Assembly: GCF_000015145.1 (NCBI RefSeq)
Contig: NC_008818.1
Coordinates: 1,560,001-1,592,000 of the forward strand
Origin: Hyperthermus butylicus DSM 5456
GTDB lineage: Archaea > Thermoproteota > Thermoprotei_A > Sulfolobales > Pyrodictiaceae
DNA length: 32,000 nucleotides
Direction: 5' to 3'
The notes under the pieces are model-generated. The model had not been told where the DNA came from. It was given only the letters and a program-made list of their open reading frames with translations, and made no database searches. Of the stretch, positions 30,091-32,000 are shown piece after piece. The position numbers and the translations under genes are program-made. How positions within the stretch are numbered: position 1 is the first letter of the stretch; the number at the start of each line of letters is the position of its first letter.

Positions 30091-30108
30091 GGGTGCGTGG
30101 GGGGCTGT

Positions 30109-30717
30109 ATGGCTGCTACAGAGCAAAGCGAGGTTAAGGTTGGCATAGACCCCGCCGAGATAAAGCTCTTCGGAAAGTGGAGCTTTGAGGGCGTAGAGAT
30201 TAGAGACCCCAGCCTTAAGAGGTACATAAGCCTCAAGCCTGTCTGGCTCCCCCACACGGGTGGCCGACACGAGCACCGCCGCTTTGGCAAGGCCGAGGTA
30301 CCCATTGTTGAGAGGCTAATAAACAAGCTGATGAGACCCGGCAGGAATATGGGTAAGAAGCATCTAGCATACAATATAGTCAAGCAGGCCTTCGAGATCA
30401 TATACCTGCGGACAGGCGAGAACCCAATCCAGGTACTGGTACGCGCTATAGAAAATGCCGCACCACGCGAAGACGTTACAAGGATCATGTATGGTGGTAT
30501 AACCTACTTCGTCGCTGTAGACGTGTCGCCACAGCACCGAGTTGATGTCGCCCTCAAACACCTCACAGAAGGAGCTAGGATGTGCGCCTTCAACAATCCA
30601 AAATCTATAGAGGAGTGCCTAGCTGAGGAGATAATAGCTGCAGCCCAGGGCGACACAAAGAGCTACGCTATAAGGAAGAAGGAGGAAATCGAGCGTATCG
30701 CTCTCAGCTCAAGATAG
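30109..30717 (+). CDS. rps7: 30S ribosomal protein S7 (uS7)
   Basis: [25 protein letters not shown]...[32 protein letters not shown]...[15 protein letters not shown] chose ATG 30109. The ORF track starts at GTG 30097. Confidence 0.9.
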   Translation: MAATEQSEVKVGIDPAEIKLFGKWSFEGVEIRDPSLKRYISLKPVWLPHTGGRHEHRRFGKAEVPIVERLINKLMRPGRNMGKKHLAYNIVKQAFEIIYLRTGENPIQVLVRAIENAAPREDVTRIMYGGITYFVAVDVSPQHRVDVALKHLTEGARMCAFNNPKSIEECLAEEIIAAAQGDTKSYAIRKKEEIERIALSSR

Positions 30718-30783
30718 CCCCTTTTATGGCTGCTACCCCATTATTTCTTGGCTGTCTTACTGGCTCGGAGCTACACTTATCCT

Positions 30784-30796
30784 AAATATTTATAAG
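30784..30796 (+). promoter_or_regulatory. Putative TATA box/promoter for EF-1alpha
   Basis: AAATATTTATAAG (core TTTATAA at 30789-30795) sits in the 135-nt S7-tuf spacer, ~58 nt upstream of the ATG. T-rich tracts (CCCTTTTATGG, CCATTATTTCTTGG) right after the S7 stop could terminate the upstream transcript. Confidence 0.45.
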
Positions 30797-30852
30797 ACTC
30801 TCTTCACCTATGTCAGCCTTCCGGCGTGGAGTGAAGGTAGCGGGTGCGGATT

Positions 30853-32000
30853 ATGAGCCAGCAGAAGCCACACATAAACCTGGTAGTCATAGGTCACGTA
30901 GACCACGGTAAGAGCACGCTGGTAGGCCACCTACTATACCGACTAGGCTTCGTCGATGAGAAGACGATAAAGATGCTAGAGGAAGAGGCTAAGAAGAAGG
31001 GTAAGGAGTCCTTCAAGTACGCATGGCTTCTAGACAGGCTAAAGGAGGAGAGAGAGCGCGGCGTAACCATTGACCTAACCTTCGTAAAGTTCGAGACAAA
31101 GAAGTACTACTTCACTATCATCGACGCGCCAGGTCACAGAGACTTCGTAAAGAACATGATCACCGGTGCCAGCCAGGCCGACGCTGCCATACTAGTAGTA
31201 TCGGCGAGGAGGGGTGAGTTCGAGGCCGGTATGAGCGCAGAGGGTCAGACACGTGAGCACCTAATTCTAGCAAAGACTATGGGTATTGACCAGCTAATCG
31301 TTGCTGTAAACAAGATGGATGCAACCGAGCCTCCATACAGCAAGCAGAGGTACGAGCAGATCGTAGCATTCCTCAAGAAGTTCATGAAGAGCCTAGGCTA
31401 CAAGGTAGACCAGATACCATTCATACCAGTATCTGCATGGACTGGCGAGAACCTAATCGAGCGGAGCCCCAACATGCCATGGTACAATGGTCCAACCCTA
31501 GTAGAGGCCCTTGACACCTACATACAGCCACCAAAGAAGCCTGTAGACAAGCCGCTAAGGATACCAATACAGAACGTCTACTCGATCCCAGGCGTTGGCA
31601 CTGTACCAGTAGGCAGAGTAGAGACTGGCGTGCTAAAGGTAGGTGACAAGGTCGTCTTCATGCCACCGGGTGTGGTCGGCGAGGTTAGGAGCATCGAGAT
31701 GCACCACCAGCCATTACAGCAGGCCGAGCCCGGCGACAACATCGGCTTCAACGTACGTGGCATATCCAAGAAGGACATTAGGCGTGGCGACGTAGCTGGC
31801 CACGTAGACAAGCCACCAACAGTTGCTGAGGAGTTTACAGCAAGGATCTTCGTCATCTGGCACCCAAGCGCCATCACCGTCGGCTACACACCAGTAATAC
31901 ACGCACACACCGCCAGCATTGCCGCCAGGATAACTGAGATACAGGCTAAGCTAGACCCGAGAACCGGCCAGGTAATTGAGAAGAACCCACAGTTCCTAAA
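30853..32000 (+). CDS. tuf: Translation elongation factor EF-1alpha (aEF1A), 3' end beyond the window
   Basis: Not in the ORF track because it has no stop in the window. My translation from ATG 30853 gives [29 protein letters not shown]...[22 protein letters not shown]...NKMD, with G1 to G4 all present. The frame stays open to position 32000. Confidence 0.95.
   Translation, partial: MSQQKPHINLVVIGHVDHGKSTLVGHLLYRLGFVDEKTIKMLEEEAKKKGKESFKYAWLLDRLKEERERGVTIDLTFVKFETKKYYFTIIDAPGHRDFVKNMITGASQADAAILVVSARRGEFEAGMSAEGQTREHLILAKTMGIDQLIVAVNKMDATEPPYSKQRYEQIVAFLKKFMKSLGYKVDQIPFIPVSAWTGENLIERSPNMPWYNGPTLVEALDTYIQPPKKPVDKPLRIPIQNVYSIPGVGTVPVGRVETGVLKVGDKVVFMPPGVVGEVRSIEMHHQPLQQAEPGDNIGFNVRGISKKDIRRGDVAGHVDKPPTVAEEFTARIFVIWHPSAITVGYTPVIHAHTASIAARITEIQAKLDPRTGQVIEKNPQFL

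Overview
This window looks like core chromosome from a hyperthermophilic crenarchaeon, possibly Desulfurococcales-like. The evidence is an unsplit rpoB with rpoA split into A'/A'', a glycerol-1-phosphate dehydrogenase, a tungsten-type aldehyde:ferredoxin oxidoreductase, S7 followed directly by EF-1alpha with no EF-2 between them, and heavy ATA/AGG/CTA codon use. I did not compute GC content or codon statistics.

The right half (19.9-32 kb) is the canonical archaeal transcription/translation cluster: Sm, L37e, rpoH, rpoB, rpoA1, rpoA2, L30e, NusA, S12, S7 and EF-1alpha (truncated at the window edge). The left and middle parts are compact housekeeping DNA rich in RNA-metabolism genes:
- an Rnl3-type RNA ligase and a truncated PIN 'ligase partner'
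- RtcA and endonuclease V
- aCPSF1
- a NOP2/Sun m5C methyltransferase with a NIP7-like PUA protein
- a NOG1-like GTPase and a Tma20-like PUA protein
- two proteasome beta paralogs, NMN adenylyltransferase, an FKBP, an SDR and an AOR

I found no tRNA or rRNA genes, CRISPR arrays, integrases, transposases or long repeats. I found no convincing multi-gene accessory or defence system, and nothing I can defend as a new system. The items most worth a second look are local oddities:
1. A divergent DUF151/bifunctional-nuclease-like gene lies antisense between S12 and S7.
2. One proteasome beta paralog has Ala in place of the Thr1 nucleophile.
3. A short zinc-ribbon plus HTH TFB-like paralog.
4. A heavily decayed SQR/NDH-II-like flavoprotein pseudogene.
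5. A DUF4258 toxin-like ORF paired with a shortened YbjQ-like ORF.
6. The RNA ligase is separated from its usual PIN partner by membrane-protein ORFs on the opposite strand.

All family assignments come from reading motifs by eye and need HMM or BLAST confirmation.
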